Below, piece after piece: positions 52,293 to 64,000 of a stretch of DNA of 64,000 nucleotides; position 1 is the stretch's first letter; each line of letters starts with the position of its first letter. The position numbers were made by a program, and so were the translations under genes. The notes beneath the pieces are model-generated. The model was not told the DNA's origin and did not search any database. It saw nothing but the letters and a program-made list of their open reading frames with translations. The DNA comes from Octopus vulgaris (lineage: Eukaryota), in NCBI GenBank assembly GCA_951406725.2, contig OX597815.1:212598001-212662000 (forward strand), read 5' to 3'.

Positions 52293-53914
52293 CCACACTT
52301 TTTGATAATAGTTTTAGGTAGCCATGCTGTCATGGGTAGACACACATTTGGTCTGTCACTGAATGTGTGAAGTGAAGGGAGAGAGGGCTGCATGAATACT
52401 CAGCTGGTAATCATTTCAGCTGAGCAGAATGGAGTAGAATGTGAAATGAAGTGCTTTGCTCAAGGACTCTATGCACCATCTGGTCCACGAATCAAACCTT
52501 TGACCGCATGAGCATCAGCTCAAACAGGTCATGCACTTTCATATACATTATACATTTTATATATATATATATATATAAACTGTTTACTGTTCTGTTATAG
52601 GTAGGATCAACAAATAAAGGAACTCCATCCACTGAGAAAGACATATTATTTAATGTACAAAATAAAATAAGAGCTACCAATAGTTTCATGCCATGGAGAC
52701 ATGGTAATTCAGCAACACACATAAAGGCACACAGATAGAAAATTAAATCTTTCTAATATTAATCTAAAAACAAAATACAAATTAATCTAAACTTCTGTCT
52801 CAAACTGCAATGATTTACTTATTTAGCAATAAGTAATTTTAGTTCAAGTTGAATCAAGATTAACGACCAACTGAATATTGTACGACTTGTGAATATAACT
52901 CCAGTAATGATATAAGCTTTGCATTCTTTTTTTTTTATTGTGCTAACATATGTTTGCAATAGTTCACTTTCAAAAGGTCAGTGAACAGTATTTATTTATC
53001 AAATACATTTAGAAACGTAATCAACTTAAAACAGAGCTTATGTAATAAGCAAGAAAAATTGTTTTGGTAATATCCTTTGTATGTATTGGGATAAAATCTC
53101 ATTGTCTTGGACTAAAGTCTAAGAAGGTTACTCTATTTACATTTAAAGTTTTTTGCGAAAGTCATAATTCTATAAAAACAACTGTTAGCAACATATATAT
53201 ATATATATTAAAATATCCTGTTATAAGCCGATCTGCAGGCAAAATTTTTGAATGGGTCCATCTACTTTTATGAAAAAGCTTCAATTCTGAGATTAAACAG
53301 AAAATCAAACTCTATGTCATTTATATGGCTATAAATACATTTAGGAGGTAGGAAACTTTTGCTTTATAGGAGATGTAATGTGATTTTTTTTTTTTTAATT
53401 AAAACCAGTGTTTTGGTATTCTAATATATATATTTTCTTTTAGTACTTAATGAAAAAATGGTCTTTTTTTTTTTTTTTAGTTTGTTTATATATTCTTTTA
53501 AGAAAAAAGTTCAGAAATTATATTAGACAAGAATAGTATATGCAAACAGTCTGATTTAACCATTAAAACAGTTAAAATAAGAGAATCCAATGACAGTTTG
53601 TCCTAGAATCTCAGAATAAAAAATAACAGCTTCATAATGAATGCAACGGAACAAAATGTCATCAGATATATTTTAAAGAATAATTCTTAAGAAAAACTTG
53701 ATATAATTATTGTATTAAAAACAAACTATTCTATCAGCATCTTGCAATTTTAAAGAACACAATAAAAATTAGGTGGTTTGGATTTAGAAATTTTAAATTA
53801 TACTTAAATACAAGAAATAAAATATTTACATTTTAATTTATAAAAATCTGAAATTCTTTTTCTTTTAGTTACTTGGTTCTTAATACTGAAAATGAGGAAT
53901 ATTTAAAAATTTAC

Positions 53915-54032
53915 CTTTTTTGTCCATCATCAACCACAGAGAGAGGCAAAACCAAATGTTATCTGGTCATTTGATAGTTGAGAAATGAACTCCAATTTTC
54001 CTTTAGTAAAATATTTCTCTTCTCACAGAGAT
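53915..54032 (-). CDS. Candidate 118-nt exon, mostly 5' UTR, ending ATG ATG GAC AAA AAA G (MMDKK, phase 1; ATG at 53930)
   Basis: Acceptor TTTTCTTGAATTCAG, donor AAG|GTAAAT; stops in all three frames upstream of the ATG; repeat-free AT-rich setting. Confidence 0.45.
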
Positions 54033-54757
54033 CTGAATTCAAGAAAATATTTGAATTAGTAAAGGCTAACAATAGGATAATTAAAAAATTTATAAAATAT
54101 TTTGAAAATTTTTTTCAAATATTCCTTTTCATAAAATAAATTCTTCAAATTAAATATTCAGATCTCAAGTAAGAAATACTAAAAACTAACAACACGTTTA
54201 AGAGAAAATAAACACCAAGTTGTAAATATTTTTGTTGATTCACAATACATATAGAAAAAAACTTAAGTTTTTTATCACAAATATCTTTTCATAAACACCA
54301 CTACCTTTCCGAGGTGGATCAAGCTGGTTTGTAAAATGGCTTCTTGTCTATTGCTTTCTTTTACTTTAAATGTCTTAACTAAATCCTACTGAGCTATCTT
54401 TTGTTGCTTCTTTTTCTTTTTCCTACACCAACCCCAAAACATTTCTTTATGAAGCTACTTTTTAGAACACATTTTAATCACCCACTCATAATACCAAAAC
54501 CTCCCACCAAGTAAGCTCATGCTTCTAATCCCCTGTCACCTTCTTTGCTTAAACAATTAACAACAGATCACATTTATTCAGAAGCTTCTTTAAACTATTC
54601 TAAGTTTTAACCAAAATATTTTTAATATTCCAAGTACTACTAAACCTATTTGAATAACAAAACAAGTGCGACTGTAGCGAGATCATCAATACAAAATGTC
54701 TGATATGTTAACAAAATCAACTGAAGTTGTACAGTTTGACTGAGCTGATTTTGCTGC

Positions 54758-55073
54758 TGAGACCCCCTTCGATCACGACACTGACCATGGGATTGCACCT
54801 AGAAAGTTACCCTCCCAGGCACAAGTCCGGGCAAGGTTGTTTTATGGAAGACCAGCAGTCGCCCATGCATACTGGCCTCCCCTCTTCACGCCACCAGTGT
54901 TATCCATGGGAAAGGCAAAGGGGCCGATACAGCTTGGCACCAGTGACGTTGCAGCTGAGTGAACAGGAGCAACGTGAAATAAAGTGTCTTGCTCAAGAAC
55001 ATAACTCACAGCCCGGTCCGGGATTCGAACTCACAACCTCACGATCGTAAGTTTGACACTCTAACCACTGAGC
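54758..55073 (-). mobile_element. tRNA-headed SINE (family D1)
   Basis: Matches 36768-37110; GGATTCGAACTC B-box (reverse). Confidence 0.9.
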
Positions 55074-56541
55074 TTGACTAAACCAATATTATTCACTGGT
55101 TTGAAAAGCTACCAGAATCATTCGAATGTCACACAAAATGTAAAGCAGCAGTTTTTCTGACTCTTTGTTCTGAGTTCAAATTCCAGGGAGGTTGACTTTA
55201 TTTTACCAACCCTAAAAGGGTGAAAAGCAAAGTATTGGGGTGGATGTAATGGATTTTCCTCCTTCCATAAAGTTGCTGGCCTTGTGCTAAAATTCGAAAC
55301 CATTATTATTATTCAGTAGTCTTATTGTTTCATGAATATTCAGTTATTCAATTCACTTATGGTAATGGAAGCAGAATAATTTGTAGGGGCAATTATATCA
55401 TGCTAATTGTTTCACAGATCACTAAGCTTGGCAAACAATGTACAATAATATAGCAGCTGATAACCTCAATACAGTTTTTATACACACCTACATGATTCAC
55501 TGCATAGCAATAAAAGTCAATCTTAAGACTCAAGGTATGTCATCATCCCCATAATGATCATCATCATCATTTTAAGTTCATTTTCCAATGCTTGATAGAA
55601 TAAATGAGTCATCTCCAGTGCAACATCTTGCCCCTTTTTGTGGTCCCTTGTATTCTCCTTTGTGACATTCAACCTTCTAAGATTGCACCCAAGTTTCTCC
55701 CAATCTTTCCAGACATGACTTTTAACTTTTATGGTCCTTTTTTTCTATATCATTCCATCACCATGCCATCAATCCATCTGGCTAGTACCTTACTCCATCC
55801 AAAGATCCAGTATGTGGCTGGCAGAAGACTCGCTCATAGAAACCCCATCAGTTTACCTCAACATTATCAATCAATCACTCACTCACTCACTCTCTCTCTC
55901 TTCCCACTTCTTGTCATACATATCAACTTCTATTTCTTTGAACACACATCTGATTGAGGACCCTTTCAGCTTCTGTAAATCTCACAAGACTGTCTTGCTG
56001 CCTGGAGTCCAGGTTGTTGATGACTAGTCTATGTTGAGATATATATTAGTCACCAGAGAAACATTTAACATTCCTAACTAGTAGCTTCTTCTGTCCCTGT
56101 AGAGTAAGAAGTCTATTTGGCTATCATGTTCACTTAATTTGTAGATGATCAGGTGGTTGGCCAATTTTTTTGAGGTTAATGTTGCAAATGGTTAAGGCAT
56201 TTCCATCATAGAACTACAAGAGCCTTTATCCCCACCTTCCATCTATCATATTGTATCAATAGTTTCCATGTACACTGAAAGAACCATCTTCGTGTCACCT
56301 GACATGTCCATTAAAATTATGAGCCATGATAGATGAGGTCACTATCCTTTGCTATTGATATATCATTGTCTGTTTTTGTATGTTTGTACCTGTTCATAAA
56401 TATGTTAATTGCATACATTAAAAAAAAACGAACATTTAAAACAAATTATGCTAATTCAATGTCTTGATACTAAATATGTAATCAGCAAAATGCAAAAATA
56501 TTTCATATATATCAGATGCTAAATTGATCGCAGATTTGAGA

Positions 56542-56708
56542 TCAGAGTGACCTTCTACTAGTCTAGTTGCTCAAAAGCTACAGGGCCCAGACTGCCCGAT
56601 GAGCAAGTAGATGCTAAAGAGACTGTCAGCAACCACAAACCTGATTTTTTTAATCAGAGTTTTCCTTCTCCTAGATGGGTTGGCCCCACCATGGCTAAAG
56701 AGCCCCAT
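56542..56708 (-). repeat. Two diverged tandem copies of a ~55-nt structured motif
   Basis: TCAGAGT..CCTTCT(A/C)CTAG...GCTA(C/A)AG(G/A)GCCC at 56542-56597 and 56654-56708. Confidence 0.6.
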
Positions 56709-56709
56709 A

Positions 56710-57270
56710 CATCATCCTCCTCGTTTAACATCCGCCTTCCATGCTAGCATGGGTTGGACGATTTGACTGAGGGCTGGCGAACCAGATGGCTGCACCAGGC
56801 TTCAATCTTGATCTGGCAGTGTTTCTACAGCTGGATGCCCTTCCTAACACCAACCACTCCGAGAGTGTAGTGGGTGCTTTTTATGTGCCACCGGCATGGG
56901 GCCAGTCAGGCGGTACTGGCAATGACCCGCTTGACTCTTTTACACATGCCACCGGCACGGGTGCCAGTGAGGCGATGCTGGTAACGATCACACTCGAATG
57001 GTGTCTTTTACGTGCCACCGGCACAGAGGCCAGATAGCCGTTCTGGTAACGATCACGCTCGGATGGTGCTCTTAATACCCTACTAGCACGGGGATCGAGT
57101 GCCAGTAAGACGACGCTGGTAACAATCACACTCGAATGGTGCCTTTTAAGTGCCACTGGCACAGAAGCCGGTTAGCCGCTCTGTCAATGATCACACTCGT
57201 ATGGTGCTCTTTGCACTCCGCTAGCACGGACGCCAGTCATCGAATTTGATTTTGATTTTGATTTTGATTT
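56710..57270 (-). mobile_element. Family A RTE 3' end with a long array of divergent units
   Basis: Conserved core then 4-6 TGCCACCGGCAC / ATCACACTCGAATGGTG units and (GATTTT)n. Confidence 0.85.
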
Positions 57271-57460
57271 TACATATTATATATTTACACACACACACAG
57301 CAACACATGAAGAGGGACGCTTGAAAGCATTCAATGATGGGTTATAAATCACAGATACTAAGAAAGAATGTAAATATAAACATTGAACCTATTTGTACCA
57401 TTAACTAAAACGATATGATGATAAAAAAAAACATTTCTCTCCAACTCATTTTTTAATCAC

Positions 57461-57487
57461 CTGGTCGTGGCCATAACGGGGCAAAGG
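57461..57487 (-). CDS. Candidate 27-nt symmetric microexon
   Basis: TTTTTAAATATAG|CCTTTGCCCCGTTATGGCCACGACCAG|GTGATT; GC/CpG-rich island in AT-rich DNA; open in all 3 frames. Confidence 0.4.
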
Positions 57488-58047
57488 CTATATTTAAAAA
57501 GCTCTTAGCAAAAACATCAAGATTACTATTAAGCTCACCATTAATCACCATTAAACTAATTTATAAATAGTCATAAATATTAGCACTAGAAACATTTTTT
57601 AATATTGCTGGATTAAACAGCTTTTGAAAACCAAATAACAAAGTCATGTTTGAACTGTTTTTTTTTTTATAATCTTTTTCTTTTATATCAAATGTCAGTA
57701 CAAATGAATATAGAATTCTTTTCATCTTTGAAAACTTCCTTCTTTCTCTCTTTCTTTTATATTCACAATGGATATATTCTTGGGGCTTGAAATAAATGTT
57801 CAAGCAATTACTTGTTCGTTTATATTATGGTCACATGAACTTCATTAAAAAAATATATACATACATAAAAAAAAAAAGAAGATAGTAACATGTGATAATA
57901 TCATTAAATGCTAACACAACAGAATTTGCCAGCCTGGTTATTATAATAACTAGTACATGGCCTCTTGATTTAAAAACAGAATAAATATTTGTTTGTTTGA
58001 AATATAGCTATAATAAATAGATAAATAAAAAAGACAACACAATTTTG

Positions 58048-58104
<57 letters not shown>

Positions 58105-58109
<5 letters not shown>

Positions 58110-58410
58110 CGTGACTGACCAGGCTATCAGATGTTGCTACACATCGCTGGTCACAATGCGCTTCGCATTGTTTTAGCCTTCAAATGACGCCACCCCGCTG
58201 GCTAAGCGAGCAGGCCAACAGAAGAAAGAGTGAGAGAAAGTTGTAGAGAAAGAGTACAGCAGGGTTCGCCACCACCCCCTGCTGGAGCCTCGTGGAGCTT
58301 TTAGGTGTTTTCGCTCAATAAACACACACAACGCCTGGTCTGGGAATCGAAACTGCGATCCTACGACCGCGAGTCCGCTGCCCTTAACCACTGGGCCATT
58401 GTGCCTCCAC
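58105..58410 (-). mobile_element. Young tRNA-headed SINE (family E)
   Basis: Minus strand TGGCCCAGTGGTTAAGGGCAGCGGACTCGCGGTC...TTCGATTCCCAGACC head; (TA)n tail. Confidence 0.85.
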
Positions 58411-58431
58411 ACATATATATATAAAAGTAAA

Positions 58432-58770
58432 TGACATCCTTCGGTCACGAATGACATGACCATGGGATTGCACTTTGAAAGTTCCCCTCTGAGGAACAAA
58501 TCCTGGCTAGGCTGTTTATGGAAGACCAGCAGTCACTCATTCATACCAGTCTCTCCTCTCCACACCACCGTTGTTGTCCAAGGGAAAGACAAAGGCCAAT
58601 GCAGCTTGGCACCAGTGACATCGCAACTCATTTCTACAGCTGAGTGGACTGGGGCAATGTGAAAATAAAGTGTCTTGCTCAAGAACACAACACACAGCCC
58701 AGTCCAAGAATTGAACTCATAACCCAACAAATGTAAGCCCAATGATCTAACCACTGAGGCATGCATCTTC
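58432..58770 (-). mobile_element. tRNA-headed SINE (family D1)
   Basis: GACCATGGGATTGCAC...CAGCTTGGCACCAGTGAC...GTGTCTTGCTCAAGAACAC. Confidence 0.85.
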
Positions 58771-59200
58771 ACACACACAGATGCACATACATATATATAT
58801 ATATTATATCACGATTATCATTATCTACATGATTCCAAGCCTTGCTGCTGCACCAAAGACATGGGTCTTCACTCCCATCAATATTAAATTAATGACCCTA
58901 TGGACCTCCCAGTTTCTGAAGGTACAGCATCCACAGAACCTATCACATAAGAGAATGATGAATGTGTTACACAGTGTCTAGCACATGTAATCCTAGCAAA
59001 GCTCATTCCTTTCCAGATCCCACAATAGCCAGCTTCATCCAGAGAGAAGGAAGGGGGGGAGATAGCAACTAATGTTTTATTTATTGACCCAAAGAGAATG
59101 AAAAGCAAAGCTAAAGAGCATGATTTGAACTCAGGCTACAAAGAGCTGAAATCAGGCATCTTATCCAATACCCAAACAACTCTGCCAATTTGCATGCATA

Positions 59201-59235
<35 letters not shown>

Positions 59236-59974
59236 GAAAAAAAGAGACTGATGTGATGTGATGATTGTTTTTTTTTTTTTGTTTTTTCTTGTTTTGTTTT
59301 GTTTTTGGTGGGGGTTTGCTAATTAATCATCCTTCACTTCAGCTTTGTTAATTATTCTCATTTTAGTGTCCTTTGCAATCTTTCATCACACATCTTGTGA
59401 CCTCTTAGGCAACTCTCCATCCTATGTGTCTCTTCCTGTTCTGTTTAGTCCAGAGGATGGAGTAAACAAGGATAGGAGTGTGACAAAAGATTTCCAGACA
59501 AAGGACACTAAAATAAGAACAATAATAAAAGCTGAAGTGAAGAAGGAATATAGAGTGCATGTGGTTAATTTGGGGGAAAAAAAAAGAAAATGACCATCCC
59601 GAAATATATGACAAGTAATCTAATTGAAAATATAAATGTAAAGTAGGCATTCATCCCAAATCCTTTATTTTTCCATAGCATGAACACACATGGACAAGTA
59701 TAGGATAATGTAGCATTCATTGTTAAGGAATCCCTTCTTTCTTTCTATAGACAGTGTAACTTACATTTAATGAATAATTTAAAAGTAAATGTTTTTCAAA
59801 GGGCCAAAGCTGAGAATAGTAAAAAAAAATAAATAAATAAATAAAAAAGGGATAATTTTAACTTATGCTTTTATGATACAAAGTAAGACCATCTCCAACA
59901 AATGGATTTGTTGTTCTTATCACATTTCTCAGCTGAAATGTTAATAACTTATTTAGAAGTCCAAAAGTATGTAC

Positions 59975-60361
59975 TTACTCTTACTCTTTTACCTGTTTCA
60001 GTCTTTTTGACTGCAGCCATGCTGGAGCACCGCCTTTAATTGAGCAAATCAACCCCAGGACTTATTCTTTGTAACACTAGCACTTACTCTATCAGTCTCT
60101 TTTGCCGAACCGCTAAGTATCAGTTGTCAAGCGATGCCGGGGGGACACACACACAAACATACACACACACATATATATATATATACATATATATATATGA
60201 CGGGCTTCTTTCAGTTTCCTTCTACCAAATCCACTCACAAGGCTTTGGTTGGCCAGAGGTTATAGTAGAAGACACTTGCCCATGGTGCCATGCAGTGGGA
60301 CTGAACCCGGAACCATGTGGTTGGTAAGCAAGCTACTTACCACACAGCCACTCCTGCGCCT
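59975..60361 (-). mobile_element. tRNA-headed SINE (family C), full length
   Basis: Minus strand AGGCGCAGGAGTGGCTGTGTGGTAAG head, GGTTCAGTCCC B-box, (AGAGTA)n-like tail. Confidence 0.9.
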
Positions 60362-61091
60362 AGCAAAATTTTCTTTACAGCCAGAAAGGCCTCACATGTT
60401 TCTTTTTTTCAGCTATTTCTAATCTTTCTCTAATCACATCTGTATATTTTTTCTTTATCTCTCTATCACACAGATCTAATGAACTAAATTATTTTGATGC
60501 AAACATTAGATAAGCCAGGTGAACAGACCAAAAGGTGAAAAAAGGCAATATTGTGTTGTGTCACCGGGAATAACATTTATGACGACTTCCCACTTTGAAC
60601 GACATTCAAGTCTGAAAAAAACTACAGGTTTTTTGCTTTGTTTTTTATCTCTCACTTTTCCTTTTAACTTCTCAAACAAAAACAAAGAAAAAATACAAAG
60701 CAGTTCTAAATGAAATTCTTCACTTAAATAACAAGAAAACCAGGAATTACGACCAACACAGACTTTTCAAGAACTCCAAAGATTCCCAAAACTGATTCTG
60801 CAGCATTAGATGGTTTAAAGACCCAACTACACTCTGGATAGATGACTAGCCTGTCTACCGTAGTTATGGATAACTTGCCCAGAATACCTGTTGTCTTTTC
60901 TCCAGCCAGGTAAATAGGGCCAGATTTTGTATTTGTAGTTTACTGCAGGACAACTCAACTGCTGAGATAACACTGGAATAATCTACTTCAAAGCTAATGT
61001 GTTCCTGTACATTAATATCGATATATCATCCAGGTGTATTGGTAGAACTGGCCAGAAATATAATGCTTAGCAGCATTTCTTCTGACCTTAC

Positions 61092-61830
61092 ATCATCATC
61101 ATCATTATCATCATCATTTAGCGTCCGTTTTCCATGCTAGCATGGGTTGGACGGTTCAACTGGGGTCTGGGGAGCCCGAAGGCTGCACCAGGCCAGTCAG
61201 ATCTGGCAGTGTTTCTACAGCTGGATGCCCTTCCTAACGCCAACCACTCCGAGAGTGTAGTGGGTGATTTTATGTGCCACCGACACAGGTGCCAGACGAG
61301 GCTGGCGAACGGCCACGCTCGGATGGTGTTTTTATGTGCCACCGACACAGGTGCCAGACGAGGCTGGCAGACGGCCACGCTCGGATGGTGTTTTTATGTG
61401 CCACCGACACAGGTGCCAGATGAGGCTGGCAGGTGCCAGACGAGGCTGGCAGACGGCCACGCTCGGATGGTGTTTTTATGTGCCACCGACACAGGTGCCA
61501 GATGAGGCTGGCGGACGGCCACGATCAGATGGTGTTTGTTACGTCCCCAAAGCACGGAGGCCAGTCTATGCGGTACTGGCTACGGCCACGTTCGGATGAT
61601 TTTCTTGTGTGCCACCGGCACTGGTACCACAAAGATACAAATTCCATTTATGTTCATCTATTTTGATTTGTTTTGATTTGATTTGATTTTTTTTTTGATT
61701 TTTTTTTGATTTTCACTTGCCTCAACAGGTCTTCACAAGTGTCACAAGAAGGAAGGTATGCACAGGTGGACTGTCTACGTCGCCGGGTCTTCGGATGGTG
61801 TCTTTATGTGCCACCGACACAGGTGCCACA
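61092..61830 (-). mobile_element. Family A RTE 3' end with near-identical tandem units, inserted into a family B-related SINE (61040-61980)
   Basis: TTTATGTGCCACCGACACAGGTGCCAGA unit repeated 4 times, plus one displaced unit at ~61790; SINE resumes at TCTTAAGTTCAAAT. Confidence 0.85.
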
Positions 61831-62002
61831 TCTTAAGTTCAAATGTCACCAAGGTCAATGTTACCTTTTATCCTTTTGAGGTTGATAAAATAAGTACCAG
61901 TTAAACACTGGGGTTGATGTCATCAACTTATCCCCTCCCCAAAATTGCTGGCCTTGTGCCAAAATTTGAAACCATTATTTTTCTTATTATTAAGGATGCA
62001 TG

Positions 62003-62325
62003 AAGGCAAGAGGCTTAGTGGTTAGGGTGTTTGGCTCATGATCATAAGGTCATGCGTTCAATTCCTAGCAGCATGCTGTGACCTTGAGCAAGACACTTTA
62101 TTTCACATTTTTCCACTCCACTCAGCTGGCAAAAATGAGTTGCACCTGTGTTTCAAAGGACCAGCCTTGTGACACTCTGTGTCAAGCTGAATCTCCCTGA
62201 GAACTATATTTAGGGTTACATGTGTTTGTGGAGTACTCAGCCATTTGTACTTTAATTTCACGAGCAGGCTGTTCTGTTGAGAGGATCAAATGGAAACCTG
62301 GTCATCATAACCGATGGAGCGCCAG
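62003..62325 (+). mobile_element. tRNA-headed SINE (family D2)
   Basis: Matches 48917-49237. Confidence 0.85.
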
Positions 62326-63282
62326 TTAGTTACGAAGGCTGCAAGCTGGCAGAATCCTTGGTACACCAGGTGAAATGCTTGGCAGAATTTCTTCTGAGTT
62401 CACAACTTGAGTCCAAATGCCGCCAGGGTCAACTTTGCTTCTCATCCTTTTTGGGGTTGATAAAATAGGTACCAGTTGAACACTGAGAGCACATGAGAGG
62501 CATCACTTCTCTGTTGCATCAAGCAGCTTCACTTGCAGTAGATGTCACTGCTGCAGCAGATCAAAAGCAGGCCATGGTAACCCATATGCAAGCCGACCAG
62601 AGATGATTACTGAACAAGAACAGTCAACATCAACCTACAACAAACAGCTGATGACAACACACACACAAGTTGTGTGTGTGGGGGGGGGGGGTATTCTTTT
62701 ACATGTTTCAGCCCTAAGGCTGTGGTCATGCTGATGATGGGCTTCTTTCAGTTTTCATCTATCAAATCCACTCACAAAGCTTTGTTTGGCTTGAGGCTAC
62801 AGTAGAAAACACTTGCCCAAGAGCTGTACAGTGAGATTGAACCCAAAACTCTGCAGTTGGGAATCAAACTTCTTACCACACAGCCATACCTTTTGATATT
62901 TTTCCAAGCTTTAACCCTTTTGAGATTTTTCTCTTGCTTTTCTGGTATCTAATGAGTGGAAGAAATCAAAATCCCAGTCCAGGTCAGTCATGGACAAACT
63001 TCAGCCTGTGGGCCACATGCAGTCCACAGGACTTTCTGCAAGGCACGTATAACAAAAAATTACCTTCAATTTTTTTTTTTTTTTTTTAGTAGCCCACCTG
63101 ATGATGAACCAAGACTCATGCAGCCTATTTCTTGAAAATGGTTGCCTCTGCCTGTTCCAGACGAAAGTGCATATCTTGTAGTAATGGGTTTGATGCCACA
63201 ATGTGGTACTCTGAACACGAGTCTTTTATAATAGCATTTGGACAATCCAAGTCTTGTGAATGAAACTAAATGCCACAGAATG

Positions 63283-63513
63283 TGCCAGTGTCATGTAAAA
63301 GTGCTGGTGCCACATAAAGAACGTGTACTGGTGCCATGTAAAAAGCACCTGGTTACATTTTGTAAAGTGGTTGGTGCTAGGAAGAGCATCCAGCCATAGA
63401 AATTATGCCAAAACAGACAAATGGAACCTGGGCAGCACTCCAGTTGGCCAACTCCTGCCAAACTATTCCACCCTTGTCAGTATGGAGAATGGATGTTAGA
63501 TTATGATGATGAT
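63283..63513 (+). mobile_element. Diverged family A RTE 3' end
   Basis: ATGTAAAAAGCACC...GGAAGAGCATCCAGCC...GGATGTTAGATTATGATGATG. Confidence 0.7.
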
Positions 63514-63529
63514 AATTTTTTTTTTTTTC

Positions 63530-63768
63530 ACCCTTTTCAAGCCTAACCAGGTTCATGGGCCTGGTGTCAGCATTACTCAAGAAACAGGAAGAGAGAGAGT
63601 GAGAGAAAGATGTGGCGGTAGAGTACAACAGGGGTCGCCACCAGCCCCTGCCAGAGCCTCGTGGAGCTTTTGGGTGTTTTCGTTCAATAAACACACGCAA
63701 CGCCTGGTTTGGGAATCGAAACCACGAACCTCCGACCGCGAGTCCGCTGCCCTAACCACTGGGCCATT
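63530..63768 (-). mobile_element. tRNA-headed SINE (family E head, different tail)
   Basis: CCGACCGCGAGTCCGCTGCCCTAACCACTGGGCCATT and AGAGCCTCGTGGAGCTTT shared with 58105-58410. Confidence 0.85.
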
Positions 63769-64000
63769 ACGATAAGTACACTGATGAACTGCACCTATAA
63801 TTCAAAGAGCCAGCCTCATCATATGCTGTGTCACATTCAATCAGTCTATGTCAAGAGTACATGTGTCTATGGAGTACTCAGTATAAGCATGTTTATACAA
63901 CAGACAGGGAGTTCCGTTCTTTCAGCAGTCAGAGTACTCGTTATTGAAACTAGTGAAAAATTCATGTGCATTTTTTAAAATTATTAATTAATGCAACAGG

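Noticed and set aside
56880-57240. CRISPR-like repeat/spacer appearance
   Set aside because: Spacers are homologous to each other, arrays lie within a LINE UTR, DNA is eukaryotic and no cas genes are present
58330-58410. tRNA-like sequences (also heads at 16748, 48917, 60361, 63768)
   Set aside because: A/B boxes are present, but no complete cloverleaf and they continue into SINE bodies
60565-60611. Possible 47-nt minus-strand exon LECRSKWEVVINVIP
   Set aside because: Good acceptor but weak GTGACA donor, and no recognisable homology

Overview
AT-rich eukaryotic genomic DNA that reads as one long, repeat-dense intron/5' region; the SINE and LINE families and microsatellite load point to an octopus (cephalopod) genome (recognition from memory, not a database result). 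No complete protein-coding gene is present, and almost all listed ORFs are by-products of repeats or microsatellites. Contents: ~20 5'-truncated copies of one RTE-clade LINE 3' end with internal tandem hairpin arrays; several tRNA-headed SINE families; TTAA-flanked piggyBac-type MITEs; old RTE and CR1 relics. Two signals stand out. (1) At least six minimal type-I hammerhead-like motifs from five different Penelope-like repeat families, including a natural G3:C8 core-swap variant (2079-2129) and a GUC-site copy with a long stem II (45768-45854). (2) A series of short minus-strand candidate exons that each carry an ATG and end in phase 1 (MMDKK, MTVLTDRML, MGNANGKDKT, MEN), plus a 27-nt microexon candidate. 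These suggest an unidentified host gene with several alternative N-termini whose shared exons lie left of the window. Repeat boundaries are read by eye and are approximate; exon and ribozyme calls are unverified predictions.
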